From positions 152,705 to 216,704 of IMG/VR virus record IMGVR_UViG_3300037295_000263: 64,000 bases of DNA; one strand, given 5' to 3'. Position numbers and translations under genes: made by a program. Of this stretch, positions 1 through 10,231 are shown in pieces. Position 1 is the stretch's first letter; each line of letters begins with the position of its first letter. Under the pieces are notes generated by a model that saw nothing but the letters and a program-made list of their open reading frames with translations, ran no database searches and was not told the origin of the DNA. Origin of the DNA: a virus (Duplodnaviria > Caudoviricetes).

Positions 1-22
1 TGGACTTGTGTGAAAAATTGTA

Positions 23-1435
23 ATGGATAAAATATTTTGGCTGCAACCCGCTGAAAGTAAAATTGGTCAGTGGCAAAACAGGATAAAAACTTTAAGTAAC
101 AGTGATACATTTTGTGTGTTGCCATGGATTCATTTTGCTACTAGGCCAAATGGAGATATGCGACTATGTTGCAACAGCAACTCTAGTGGTGCTGGTGGAG
201 ATCATGAAATTGGATTAGTTAAAAATGAAACAGGGCGTCCTGCTAATTTTGGAAAAGAAACTCCAATGAGCGCATGGAACAACGACTATATGAAATCAGT
301 CAGAACAACCATGCTAAGTGGAAATATTCCGGCAAGCTGCAAAAAATGTTTCGACGAAGAATCTAAAGGAGTAGCCAGCAAGCGTATATGGGAAACTGCA
401 ACGTGGGTTGAAGAAGGTATTAGCATTGAAGAGCTTGTTGCAGAAACACAACAAGACGGAACTGTTCCTGAAAAATTAGTCTACTTAGATCTCAGGCTGG
501 GACATACTTGCAACTTAAAATGTATTATGTGCAGTCCGCACGATAGTAGCAAATGGGTAGCGGATCATAAGAAAGTATTTCCGTTATTTCAAAATAGCGA
601 ATTAAAAAGGCAAATGCAATGGGACCAATCATCATTTAATAATAAATGGCACGAAAATCCAGATTTTTGGAAAGAAATGTATTCTCAAATTCCTAATCTT
701 CGTCAAGTATATTTTGCTGGTGGCGAACCGTTAATGATTAAAGAACATAAAACATTTCTAGAAGAAATTGTGCGACAAGGCTATGCTGACAAAATATTAA
801 TAAGGTATAATACAAACGGATTATTAATCGATGATGATATGATCGAGCTGTGGACTAAATTTAAAAAAGTAAAAGTAGGTGTGAGTATCGATGCAGTAGG
901 AGAACGTAATCACTATATTAGATATCCAACTGACTGGAAAACAATAGTATCAACTTTACATAAGCTAGATAATAGTCCTATCAATATTCAAACTAGTATT
1001 GCAACAGCTATCCAAATACTCAACATTAAACATTTACCCGAGTTGGCAAAATGGAAAATACAACAAGGATTTAAAAAGATAAATTTTGAAAATGTCACCG
1101 GCGGAATAGAAGCTGGCGGCGGTATATTCAATATGCATTTGTTGTATATACCTACTTACTTGAGTATACGATGTTTGCCCGAGCAAGATAAAATAGAAGT
1201 AAGAAAGAAGTTTGCAGAATTTGCAGATTGGTTATACAACAACTATAGAACTGACGAAGACTTTTGGAAAACTAACCCGTACGGATGGAAAAGGTGGCAG
1301 GCTATTTTAGATTTTATGAATAGTGAAGATCACACTCACTTACTTCCCGCCTTTCAAGAATATATCAACAAAATGGATTCTGTTAGAAAGATTAATTGTA
1401 GCTACATATTTCCAGAGATTTCACATTTAATATGA
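23..1435 (+). CDS. Radical SAM protein with N-terminal SPASM/twitch-like Cys cluster
   Basis: CNLKCIMC (CxxxCxxC), FAGGEP, RYNTNG, VSIDA; N-terminal CxxPW...CC...CxxC motif. Confidence 0.92.
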   Translation: MDKIFWLQPAESKIGQWQNRIKTLSNSDTFCVLPWIHFATRPNGDMRLCCNSNSSGAGGDHEIGLVKNETGRPANFGKETPMSAWNNDYMKSVRTTMLSGNIPASCKKCFDEESKGVASKRIWETATWVEEGISIEELVAETQQDGTVPEKLVYLDLRLGHTCNLKCIMCSPHDSSKWVADHKKVFPLFQNSELKRQMQWDQSSFNNKWHENPDFWKEMYSQIPNLRQVYFAGGEPLMIKEHKTFLEEIVRQGYADKILIRYNTNGLLIDDDMIELWTKFKKVKVGVSIDAVGERNHYIRYPTDWKTIVSTLHKLDNSPINIQTSIATAIQILNIKHLPELAKWKIQQGFKKINFENVTGGIEAGGGIFNMHLLYIPTYLSIRCLPEQDKIEVRKKFAEFADWLYNNYRTDEDFWKTNPYGWKRWQAILDFMNSEDHTHLLPAFQEYINKMDSVRKINCSYIFPEISHLI

Positions 1436-2424
1436 AAAAAATTATTAAAATAGACTCTAATACTCCTTCAAATTTTTTAAGAATAGAATTATTTTTAAGT
1501 AATCTTTGTAACTACAAATGTTGGTATTGTTTTCCAGGATGTAATGAAGGAACAGTAAATTGGCCGGAATTAGAATTGTTGAAAAAAAATCTCGGACACT
1601 TACTTAAATATTATAAAGACAAACAAAATAAAGAAGTAATACTTCTGCATATCATCGGGGGCGAGCCTACATTGTGGAGTAAATTGGGGGAATTTGTTAA
1701 GTATTTTAAAGAAATACATAATTGCTTAATTAGCATTTCAACGAACGGATCTAGGACTTATAGGTGGTGGGACGAATATGGACATTATATGGACCACATT
1801 ATGTTTAGTTGTCATCATGAAAATATGGATAACAATCATATTATAAAGGTAATGGACTTGCTATATTCCAAGGACGTTAATGTGTCTGCTATGGTATTAA
1901 TGGATGCTTATCAATGGGATAAATGTGTAAGCATTGTAGAAGATTTAAAAAATAGTCAGTATCGATGGTCAATTACAGCTATTAATTTAATCACTGACAA
2001 GTTCAAGTACACTGATGAGCAAAAAAAATATCTCGAACATGCTGATAAAAGAATGCCAGATCTTGAGTACTGGCACCGAACTAATAAACGACCACGCGAA
2101 GACTCTACTATTACGTTCGACGATGGCGAACGACTACAAGTTAACGACAATTGGGTGGCGTTAAACAATTTAAATTATTTTTATAATTGGGAATGTTCTT
2201 TGGGTATTGAAACCTTTTATATCGACACTGACGGATACATTCGAGGAGCATGCAACCAATACTTATATAATTTAGATTATCGTTATAATATTTTCGATTC
2301 TGATTTTACAAATTTATTTAAACCAAATATTGTTCCAGTAATATGCAAACGAGCCAATGCGTGTACTTGCCAACCAGAAATTAATGCATCAAAGAAAAAA
2401 ATTATTCCTATAATTGCTTCTTAG
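1432..2424 (+). CDS. Radical SAM protein with C-terminal SPASM/twitch-like domain
   Basis: CNYKCWYC, IIGGEPT, ISTNGS; C-terminal C..G...GAC...C..C.C. Confidence 0.92.
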   Translation: MKKIIKIDSNTPSNFLRIELFLSNLCNYKCWYCFPGCNEGTVNWPELELLKKNLGHLLKYYKDKQNKEVILLHIIGGEPTLWSKLGEFVKYFKEIHNCLISISTNGSRTYRWWDEYGHYMDHIMFSCHHENMDNNHIIKVMDLLYSKDVNVSAMVLMDAYQWDKCVSIVEDLKNSQYRWSITAINLITDKFKYTDEQKKYLEHADKRMPDLEYWHRTNKRPREDSTITFDDGERLQVNDNWVALNNLNYFYNWECSLGIETFYIDTDGYIRGACNQYLYNLDYRYNIFDSDFTNLFKPNIVPVICKRANACTCQPEINASKKKIIPIIAS

Positions 2425-3295
2425 TTATTGGAATATCTGCTGCACAAGTGCAATAATTCCTATCGCATATAACAGGCTCAATAGGTAAAATAAAACTACT
2501 TTGGTAAATATTTCCCAAGCTGCCTCCGACTCTGCAAGTAGCACGATGTACATCACCATCCCAATTTATCATAAGACTTTCTATACCCGCATTGCATGAC
2601 CAGCCTTTATACTTGTTTAAATGTAATTTAATTATATCGTTGGCATGGATAGTTTGTGTTCCATCAATTACACAATTACCCTGCACGGTTGCATCTTGTT
2701 CTTTAATCCATTTTAAGTCATCTGGATGGTATCGCATATCATCAAACAAGTCGTGATCACCTTCAGTCCAGCGTATACGGCGAACGGTGCTAGGAATTTC
2801 AGCTAGTAAACACCTAGCACGTAACTGCATTACAGCATCCATGTAATCGTGGTGTGCCATAATCTGTGCTATTACTTTTGTTTGAGTTAAATCTACTATA
2901 CTTTCTACAGTATTAAATACACGTTTCCAGTCGTACTCTAAATGAATACTAAACACTAGTTGATCAACTTTTAGACCAGCATAAAACTCATAAGGCAATG
3001 TGCCATTAGTTGTGACACTAATCCACTCAACACCTGCATGATTACAGTGGTGTATTAGTTCTTTAAATTTAGGGTGTACACAAGGTTCTCCACCTGTAAA
3101 ACTTAATCGCACAGGTTTTCCCAAAGTGATGAGTTTATCTACTGTGGATTTTAAGATTTCGATATCAGTGTGTGGACTTGTGCTATCGTGTATAGAACTA
3201 GGGCAGTAACTGCAATCGTAGTTGCAACGCTTGCCCAGGTTCCATTCAATCTTAATACTACCCTGATGTGGCCACCTGCTGGTTACACTATGCAT
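2408..3295 (-). CDS. Radical SAM protein with C-terminal SPASM/twitch-like domain
   Basis: CNYDCSYC, FTGGEP, VTTNGT; C-terminal CNAG...RATC...CDRNYCTC. Confidence 0.92.
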   Translation of the reverse strand: MHSVTSRWPHQGSIKIEWNLGKRCNYDCSYCPSSIHDSTSPHTDIEILKSTVDKLITLGKPVRLSFTGGEPCVHPKFKELIHHCNHAGVEWISVTTNGTLPYEFYAGLKVDQLVFSIHLEYDWKRVFNTVESIVDLTQTKVIAQIMAHHDYMDAVMQLRARCLLAEIPSTVRRIRWTEGDHDLFDDMRYHPDDLKWIKEQDATVQGNCVIDGTQTIHANDIIKLHLNKYKGWSCNAGIESLMINWDGDVHRATCRVGGSLGNIYQSSFILPIEPVICDRNYCTCAADIPITKKQL

Positions 3296-4604
3296 ACGGT
3301 TTAAACTCTGGTATTGTTTCTAATAAATTTTGATTCCTGGTAGCATCTAATTGGTAGTTAAATTCTAAAAAATCTGGCCACAGATTAAATTGGTCTCTGG
3401 ATTCGAGATAATTTATATTATCTCGAATTTGTTGTTGTGTTATGATTTCAAGCAACGGATATTTTGTAACAGCTTCCCAGGTGTTTACTTTTAAACTAAC
3501 TGCTTTTAATCTGTCTATTGCAATTATCTTTAAATCTGCAGGTAGCACTTGTGCCGATAGACAATTTGGATAACTCACTCTATGACTGTAAAATACAATG
3601 CCCATCTTGTTAATAAAATAATCAATGCATTCCGCAGCTTGCAATATATTTCCAGCTTGGGCGGTGAACGCACCTACTACTCTACTTACATTGGGGATTT
3701 TTTTTATTTCTTTAATGTTCTCTTCCACTTGAGAAAAGTCACCGTTGCCGCGAATGTAATTATAAACATCATGAATGCCGTCAATGCTGACATTAACTGC
3801 AACACTTTTGAAATGTGGCCAATAGTCATGGACGGTTCTTCCTTTACTAATGCCTAGAGTAGTTCCATTAGTAGCATATTTAATTTCGATATTTTTACCA
3901 TAGGGTTTCAACATGTCCAATATACGGTAATGTTGCGGATCCATTAATGGCTCGCCTCCTGCAAATTCTACCCTTCTAAAATAAGGTAATAATTTCTTAA
4001 AGCTATCCCACCAGTTATCACTATCGTCAAACGCTCCTATATATTGTCCAGGCGATTTAACAAGCTTTTCAATTGTAGGCACAAGGTAATTATTTTCTTT
4101 TTTATAAAAAGGAACTACTTTGTTCCAATCTTTCCAATTAGTGCTATCTAACGGATTGCACATTCGACATTTAAGATTGCACAAGTTGTTTAGTTTAATT
4201 TCCATTGTAGGAAATTCAAATGGCATCGAGTAGTCTTCTCGTAATGTATCTAAAGCATTGGGATACAAATTAATCCTAGCTTCGGGTATAATACCTTTTA
4301 TGTGACGTTGACGTAGACTTTCTACTCCTTGGTCTTCTAGATCAAAACACGGTTTGCATACATCTGCACGTTCTCCGCATAAGACTTTTTTTCGTACATC
4401 TTTAATAATGTCGTTATTCCAAATTTCTTCCAAAGTATTATCTTGAATGTTTCCAATTGGCGCACTTCGACAACAGACTTTAACAGCCCCGTCTTCCCTT
4501 GTTGCTAATCCAGTAAACGGATGCATACAAAATGTTTTACTTTGTTTGTTCAATTGCCCACTCTCTTTCTTTGCACCAAAAGCACTTTCCACATACTGGA
4601 ACAA
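3288..4604 (-). CDS. Radical SAM protein with N-terminal twitch-like cluster (likely TTG start at 4553)
   Basis: FCMHPF...VCC...CKPC; CNLKCRMC, FAGGEP, YATNGT, VSIDG. Confidence 0.92.
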   Translation of the reverse strand: MFQYVESAFGAKKESGQLNKQSKTFCMHPFTGLATREDGAVKVCCRSAPIGNIQDNTLEEIWNNDIIKDVRKKVLCGERADVCKPCFDLEDQGVESLRQRHIKGIIPEARINLYPNALDTLREDYSMPFEFPTMEIKLNNLCNLKCRMCNPLDSTNWKDWNKVVPFYKKENNYLVPTIEKLVKSPGQYIGAFDDSDNWWDSFKKLLPYFRRVEFAGGEPLMDPQHYRILDMLKPYGKNIEIKYATNGTTLGISKGRTVHDYWPHFKSVAVNVSIDGIHDVYNYIRGNGDFSQVEENIKEIKKIPNVSRVVGAFTAQAGNILQAAECIDYFINKMGIVFYSHRVSYPNCLSAQVLPADLKIIAIDRLKAVSLKVNTWEAVTKYPLLEIITQQQIRDNINYLESRDQFNLWPDFLEFNYQLDATRNQNLLETIPEFKPYA

Positions 4605-5349
4605 GCTGATGGTGTAGATAATTAGTATAATCTAATCCTTCAATTATGCCTTCGCAACTACGAGTAATTGACAATAAATCAGTGATTCCTAAACGGGAAT
4701 ATTGTTTTATAATCCAATCTTTAGTTGTAAATCTAAATGGATGACATGCAATTATACCTAAATGATTCATTATAGTCAAGTGAAAGTTTTCTTTACAAGG
4801 TTCTGCATCTCTAGTAGGCATTCCTCCCGAAACTACAGGTGGATTTTTTGTAACAGCATTAAAGTATGCAGGAATATCGTTAGTAGTGCATACATATTCA
4901 GTAAATGCTCTTAACTCTATGTTATCTCCACTAACTAGCTTTCCGTACTCATCTAGCATAGTCGGTCCGGTATCTCCCCATTCAAACTCCGGAGGTATAA
5001 AATTTTTATGTAAAAAAAATTTAATATTGGTAAATCTATCATTAAAATACGTAACAACTTCTGCTGCAATATGTTGTTGCCACGGTTTTGTCTTCCATTC
5101 TCGTATACTGTTAATGAAATGAACTTCTACTGACAAATCGAATTCTGTTATTATTTGACATATTAAAAATGCCAACATCGCACTGTCTGCGCCACCGCTT
5201 AACGCAATGCTTACTTTTTTCCAAGATTTGTCGAAAGGAATTATTTGTCCGTCTATTTCGTGCATAATTTTATTGTACGGACTATCATTATATAGTTGTT
5301 GTATCATGATAATATTTACACAGGATCGACAGTGCATAAATATTTTCAT
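4537..5349 (-). CDS. QueC-like PP-loop ATPase (7-cyano-7-deazaguanine synthase-like fold)
   Basis: ALSGGADS PP-loop; C-terminal TRSC...CGKCFWCKERE Zn motif as in QueC. Confidence 0.7.
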   Translation of the reverse strand: MKIFMHCRSCVNIIMIQQLYNDSPYNKIMHEIDGQIIPFDKSWKKVSIALSGGADSAMLAFLICQIITEFDLSVEVHFINSIREWKTKPWQQHIAAEVVTYFNDRFTNIKFFLHKNFIPPEFEWGDTGPTMLDEYGKLVSGDNIELRAFTEYVCTTNDIPAYFNAVTKNPPVVSGGMPTRDAEPCKENFHLTIMNHLGIIACHPFRFTTKDWIIKQYSRLGITDLLSITRSCEGIIEGLDYTNYLHHQLVPVCGKCFWCKEREWAIEQTK

Positions 5350-6016
5350 GTTATCTAAAACTATTCACACTGTGCCATTATCTATAATAGATAATGCTAT
5401 TGAAGAAATGCCTTTAGTAGATTTTAAAATGCCATTAAATGCGCCTTCTGGGAATTTCTTCTACGATCCCTGGCATATTCGCCCTGAATTTGTAGGATCT
5501 ATATGGGAAACTATTTTAAATACTTTACCTTTTGATTTAGGGGAAGCACGCATTATTAAATTAGAACCTGGAAATAGTTATCTAAGCCACGCTGACATAG
5601 ACGATAGATGGCACTTGTCATTGACTGGAAATAGATCATATTTAATTGATCTAGATAGCCATAAGGTTCACTTATTAAAAAAAGACGGGATATGGTACAA
5701 GATGAATGCTGGCAAGTTACACACTGCTTCTAACTTTGGCCAAATACCTCGATATCAGCTAGTAGTAAGAAAGCTATTAAAAAATAGCTGCTTAACTAAT
5801 GTAAAATTGGTAAAAATTGAACCTGCATACCCACAATTTGACTATCGATATACATTTGATAATACAATAAGCCCTTGGCTAAACTACGCAGCCAAACAAC
5901 ATTATCTTTTAAATTTTTCAGTAAATGAATCGACAGTTCAATTTCATTTATTAGAATCTCAAATTAGTAGTTTAAATGGTATTTTAACTAATAATTTTAA
6001 AGTAACTTATGAATAA
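5207..6016 (+). CDS. Asp/Asn beta-hydroxylase-like 2OG-Fe(II) oxygenase (likely start MLSKT at 5348)
   Basis: ARIIKLEPG..YLSHADID HxD motif; HTASN..RYQLVV distal His. Confidence 0.75.
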   Translation: MLTFFQDLSKGIICPSISCIILLYGLSLYSCCIMIIFTQDRQCINIFMLSKTIHTVPLSIIDNAIEEMPLVDFKMPLNAPSGNFFYDPWHIRPEFVGSIWETILNTLPFDLGEARIIKLEPGNSYLSHADIDDRWHLSLTGNRSYLIDLDSHKVHLLKKDGIWYKMNAGKLHTASNFGQIPRYQLVVRKLLKNSCLTNVKLVKIEPAYPQFDYRYTFDNTISPWLNYAAKQHYLLNFSVNESTVQFHLLESQISSLNGILTNNFKVTYE

Positions 6017-6500
6017 GGTATGCTGTATAACTGGACATACTACAGGGCTTGGAAAATTCTTATATGATTATTTTATAAATCAAGGGTGGACAGTAGTAGG
6101 ATTTAGCAGATCTTCGGGATTTAATATTGAACAAGATCCTGTCAAAGTGGCAAACCTGATACAGGGTTGCGAGTTGTTTATTAACAATGCGTATGCCCAC
6201 GGAGCTCAATTAGACTTAATTAATCTTACAGTAGGGCATGTTAAAAAAATGGTAGTATGCGGATCTGTTGCTGCAGACTATCCTGATCCTGCAATGGTTG
6301 AATATAGTCAACATAAAAAAATTATAGAAGATAGATGCAATGCTCTTTCTGATGTAAAAATAAATAACACTGACATATTGTTACTAAAGCTCACAAGCAG
6401 TTCTTACAAAGACTACCTTACAGTTTCTAGTACTATCAATTTTTGGTTAGATAACCCGTCTATTACCCAAATTAAATTTAATGTAAAGGAAATAATATGA
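6009..6500 (+). CDS. Short-chain dehydrogenase/reductase-like Rossmann protein
   Basis: ITGHTTGLGK; LFINNA; YSQHK (YxxxK). Confidence 0.8.
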   Translation: MNKVCCITGHTTGLGKFLYDYFINQGWTVVGFSRSSGFNIEQDPVKVANLIQGCELFINNAYAHGAQLDLINLTVGHVKKMVVCGSVAADYPDPAMVEYSQHKKIIEDRCNALSDVKINNTDILLLKLTSSSYKDYLTVSSTINFWLDNPSITQIKFNVKEII

Positions 6501-7111
6501 AATGTGTAATAACTGGCCATACGTCTGGTATAGGAAAAACTCTATACGAACACTACACAGCATTAGGGTGGACAGTAGTTGGATTGTCGAGATCTAACGG
6601 TTACAATATTAAAGAAAATTTTAAAAAAGTTGTAGATGCCGTACAAGGATGCGACTTGTTTATTAACAATGCTTACCGAGATCAACAACAACTAGAATTA
6701 CTAATAGCACTAAAACGTAGTGTTAAAAAAATAGTAGTGTGTGGCTCTGTTAGCAGATTGTATCCTGACCTTATTAAAACCGACTACGTAGAAGATAAAC
6801 TAGACTTATCGGAATATTGCAGGATGATGTCATTAAGTGATGATCCAACATTAGCAACGGTATTGCATTTAGATTTAAGTTTTATCGAAAGTACGCCTGT
6901 TGACTTGTCCGACCCTAATAGTTTTACTAGTGACTATTTTATTACCTATTCTCAAATAACATCAGCTATTGACTTTTGGCTATCTAATACATCAATACGA
7001 CAAATAGAATTTACTTGGAAATTAACGCCTTTTGTTTATGAACAACTTCAACGTGCAAATACAAATACAGCACCGTTAAATAAATTGCTTGAACAAGTTA
7101 AATCCATCTAG
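6497..7111 (+). CDS. SDR-like Rossmann protein, tandem paralogue of 6009-6500
   Basis: ITGHTSGIGK; LFINNAY; YVEDK; near-identical N-terminal half. Confidence 0.8.
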   Translation: MKCVITGHTSGIGKTLYEHYTALGWTVVGLSRSNGYNIKENFKKVVDAVQGCDLFINNAYRDQQQLELLIALKRSVKKIVVCGSVSRLYPDLIKTDYVEDKLDLSEYCRMMSLSDDPTLATVLHLDLSFIESTPVDLSDPNSFTSDYFITYSQITSAIDFWLSNTSIRQIEFTWKLTPFVYEQLQRANTNTAPLNKLLEQVKSI

Positions 7112-7709
7112 GATATTTGTTTAAACTTTCCTCAAAAGCATCAGCATCTAACTTCCATACTGTTTGTTCGAGGCCTCTGTATACTACGTTCTTTATTCTA
7201 GCAGCTATGCCTTTTTGTTCTAACCCTGGAAAGTAGTAATTATGCACAAGTCTTTGCGACCCCATTTTACTGTCGTTAGATGTAGCATATAAATTTTTTC
7301 TACCAGCCCAGTCTGCACAAATTGGAAAGAAAAACTGATCTGTTAAAGTTTGATGTTCCATTAGTTTTTTAAAAGTCAGCAGCTTTTTATCTTTCCTTGC
7401 TTCAGCAAAACTGCAAACCCTAGTTAGCACTCGATAACTACCTTCTCCCATAACATCGTCAAAGCTATGTGCAGCTACTGAACCCACCGGATCGTTATCT
7501 TGATAAAGTATCCATACTTGTTTTTGTTTTTCATTATTAAAACAATCTACCATTACTTTTTGACTAGAATTATTTTCAAATCCTCGCACAGCAGCTTTGG
7601 CATAAAATTCAGTCAAGTCTAAATCAACAGACCATTCTTTTAACTTATACATATAGCAGTTTTGCTTCTTCCATGAAATCGTCGGGGAAATTAGTTTTAA
7701 AACTTTCAA
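7098..7709 (-). CDS. Putative GNAT-fold acyltransferase (likely start MYKLK at 7652)
   Basis: VWILYQDNDPVGSVAAH...YRVLTRVC beta-strand pattern; weak. Confidence 0.35.
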   Translation of the reverse strand: MKVLKLISPTISWKKQNCYMYKLKEWSVDLDLTEFYAKAAVRGFENNSSQKVMVDCFNNEKQKQVWILYQDNDPVGSVAAHSFDDVMGEGSYRVLTRVCSFAEARKDKKLLTFKKLMEHQTLTDQFFFPICADWAGRKNLYATSNDSKMGSQRLVHNYYFPGLEQKGIAARIKNVVYRGLEQTVWKLDADAFEESLNKYPRWI

Positions 7710-8367
7710 ATGCTAATAATTGTATTTTTGAAAAAGCAACAGGCAACGCAGGATCGATTCCGAGAGCAGTCATTTTAGGAAATAGATCTTCTTGCCTATT
7801 TTCACTTATATGACTCATTACGCTATTCATTGAAATATTTTTATCGTCGTTTGTGTAACAAAAAAAGTAATTGATACTTTTAAGTTTTCCATCAACAATA
7901 AAATAACTACTAGGATGTAAACTGTATTTAAAAATACCTAGCGAATGATGTGCTTTAAATATGTCCATCATTTGTGTACGCCAATCAGGCAACACCAAAT
8001 CAAAAGGGCAGTTATTGTTGTCTATGCTACGTTGCCAAATGTCATCTCCGTCGATGCTTAAATAAATCTTTTTATTGTTTAAATCGATATCGATTATATC
8101 AGGTACCATGTTTGGATATTTTGCATTCATCACAGTTAAGAACGTTAGTTCTCTGTTCCATTTCTCGTCCATTAAGGAAGGATCAACTACTTGATTCTGT
8201 CCTCGGTGATAGTCAGTATCGTTATGATACCATTGGCAAAATACTTTCTTGTCGTTGCTAATAAGGCTAGTGTAAATCAGATTATTCCTGCAAAGTCCTT
8301 TTCCAGGCACATTATTATAATAATAATTAAAATTGTTTTCCATGAAATATTTAATTAATAAATACAT
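7645..8367 (-). CDS. Protein-kinase-like fold protein with degenerate catalytic motifs
   Basis: RELTFL (alphaC Glu), MVPDIID, SLHPSSYFI (HxDLHPxN-like), KSINYFF (DFG-like). Confidence 0.45.
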   Translation of the reverse strand: MYLLIKYFMENNFNYYYNNVPGKGLCRNNLIYTSLISNDKKVFCQWYHNDTDYHRGQNQVVDPSLMDEKWNRELTFLTVMNAKYPNMVPDIIDIDLNNKKIYLSIDGDDIWQRSIDNNNCPFDLVLPDWRTQMMDIFKAHHSLGIFKYSLHPSSYFIVDGKLKSINYFFCYTNDDKNISMNSVMSHISENRQEDLFPKMTALGIDPALPVAFSKIQLLAFESFKTNFPDDFMEEAKLLYV

Positions 8368-9184
8368 TATGATACGCGGAATTGGTAGCTTACCCTATAT
8401 TAATTTAGATCCCTACTTAGACATAGACGGATTCAAACTATTACACCCCGAGATTTGTAAAGGATTTGCGTTGGCTCGCGAATATGCTAAAGAAGGCACC
8501 TGGATGTCTCCGGGGTTTGATTGGAAAGATGCTAGTTATATTATTAACTGGAAGCCTATATACCAAGCGTTTAATGAGTATCAAAATCTTCCAGATAATG
8601 ATCCTATCAAATTAGCAGGTAACGATATCTTTCCTGCAGATTTTAAAGATTATAAACAACGAAATATTTTCACAAGATATCTTAAAACTACCATGAATGC
8701 AAATGATCCGTACACATATTATTTTTTGTGGAACGAAGGCGATTGGAATTCAAGAAATTCAGAAAAGCAAAAGACTAATGAAAGTAAATTCTTCCCGGGT
8801 GTAGTAACATGGGTAGAAAAATTAGTCACCGATGGCATTATTGATCAAATTGGACGTGTTTTGTTTTTTCATTGTGATCACAATGGAAAAGCATTTGAAC
8901 ACAGGGATCTAGATGCTAAAAATGGAATTTTAGAAAAAAATACATACACCACGCACAATAACGAATTTATTCATATACGGTATAGAACAAAAAGAGGATT
9001 TTATATTTGGGATCCTGAAACAGAAAATAAATTTTATATTAATGCAAATGCAGCATTTTGGAATGACCAAGATTGGCACGGTGGAGAAGAATCTAAAGAG
9101 ATAGAATACGGATTACGTATCGATTGCAAGTTTTCAAATTCATTCAAAAAAACTTTAAATATCGAGAATTTACAAGGATATTGA
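8333..9184 (+). CDS. Cupin/2OG-Fe(II) oxygenase-like protein (likely start MIRGIG)
   Basis: FEHRDLD HxD; NDQDWHGG...LRIDC distal His/Arg. Confidence 0.6.
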   Translation: MFSMKYLINKYIMIRGIGSLPYINLDPYLDIDGFKLLHPEICKGFALAREYAKEGTWMSPGFDWKDASYIINWKPIYQAFNEYQNLPDNDPIKLAGNDIFPADFKDYKQRNIFTRYLKTTMNANDPYTYYFLWNEGDWNSRNSEKQKTNESKFFPGVVTWVEKLVTDGIIDQIGRVLFFHCDHNGKAFEHRDLDAKNGILEKNTYTTHNNEFIHIRYRTKRGFYIWDPETENKFYINANAAFWNDQDWHGGEESKEIEYGLRIDCKFSNSFKKTLNIENLQGY

Positions 9185-9732
9185 TGTCACCGACATATTG
9201 TCCATTAGCTTGGACTTCAGTTAATTTTCACGACAACAGAGCGTCTCCGTGCTGTGGTTGGCTGGGAGAAGGAACCAAAGTAGCAAGTGTAGCAGATGCG
9301 TTAACTTCCCAGTTATTCATACAAACTAGATCAAATATGCTAACGGGAAAGGAAAGTCACGGATGCGCACAATGTTATCAAGAAGAAAGCTTAGGAATTT
9401 CATCAAGAAGAATGCATGCGTTAGCACAAGTTGGAGTAACTACTAACATTAAATTACGTTCTTTAGATATATCATTTGATAACATTTGCAATTTAAAATG
9501 CCGAGGATGTGTTAGTAGTAACAGTCATTTAATACGCAATGATGAAATAGAAATATATGGTGAATCTTTTTCTGAAACAAAATACTGGCAAAATAATATA
9601 CCAGTAGATGTATCCAATTTAGAAGAAATAAACATTGCAGGAAGAGAGCCATTTCTTTCAAAAAATTTTAAGAATTTTTCAAATGCACTACTGTTTCTAG
9701 TAAAAAGTTTTTTGCAATACAAAAAGAAATAA
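9183..9732 (+). pseudogene. Truncated radical SAM protein (twitch-first type)
   Basis: YCPLAW..PCC..CAQCYQEE, CNLKCRGC present, but GGEP reads GREP and the ORF stops about 30 aa later; TNG and SIDG barrel motifs are absent. Confidence 0.6.
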
Positions 9733-9736
9733 TAAA

Positions 9737-10231
9737 ATGATTTTTATAAAAAACTATAGCTCTTGGATTAGTGCAAAATGGATTAATACAATAATTAACA
9801 ATCCAGGCCAAGCACGTCCTAGAGATTGGCCTCCTGAATCTGCTGCAGAAAGTGCAGAATATTCTAAGTACAAAGAAGCAGGGTATGATCTCGATGATGT
9901 AAATTGGTGGGTATACGAACAAGTTGATCTCGGTGAAGAATTATACCCTCCATGGACTAGCGGAAAAGTACATTGGTGGTTTACTAAATTAAACCCTGGA
10001 CAATATATGCCAATGCACAAAGATCCTCATGTAGTTGGTAATAATTGTTTACGGTACTGGATGCCATTACAAGACTACGAATCCGGGCATGTTTTTATCT
10101 ATAATAATTATATGATTAACGATTATAAAAAGGGAGATGTTTTTCAATTTAGTAATTCGGAAGAAGTGCATGGAGCTGCTAATATAGGCCACACTCCCCG
10201 GATCATGTTGTTAATTACAGAATATTTATGA
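9737..10231 (+). CDS. 2OG-Fe(II) oxygenase (Asp/Asn beta-hydroxylase-like)
   Basis: MPMHKDPH HxD; VHGAANIGHTPRIMLLI. Confidence 0.8.
   Translation: MIFIKNYSSWISAKWINTIINNPGQARPRDWPPESAAESAEYSKYKEAGYDLDDVNWWVYEQVDLGEELYPPWTSGKVHWWFTKLNPGQYMPMHKDPHVVGNNCLRYWMPLQDYESGHVFIYNNYMINDYKKGDVFQFSNSEEVHGAANIGHTPRIMLLITEYL

Noticed and set aside
2408-5349. Complete 7-deazaguanine DNA modification operon (QueE + QueC)
   Set aside because: The adjacent radical SAMs have SPASM/twitch features rather than QueE features, and DpdA, FolE and QueD are not visible.
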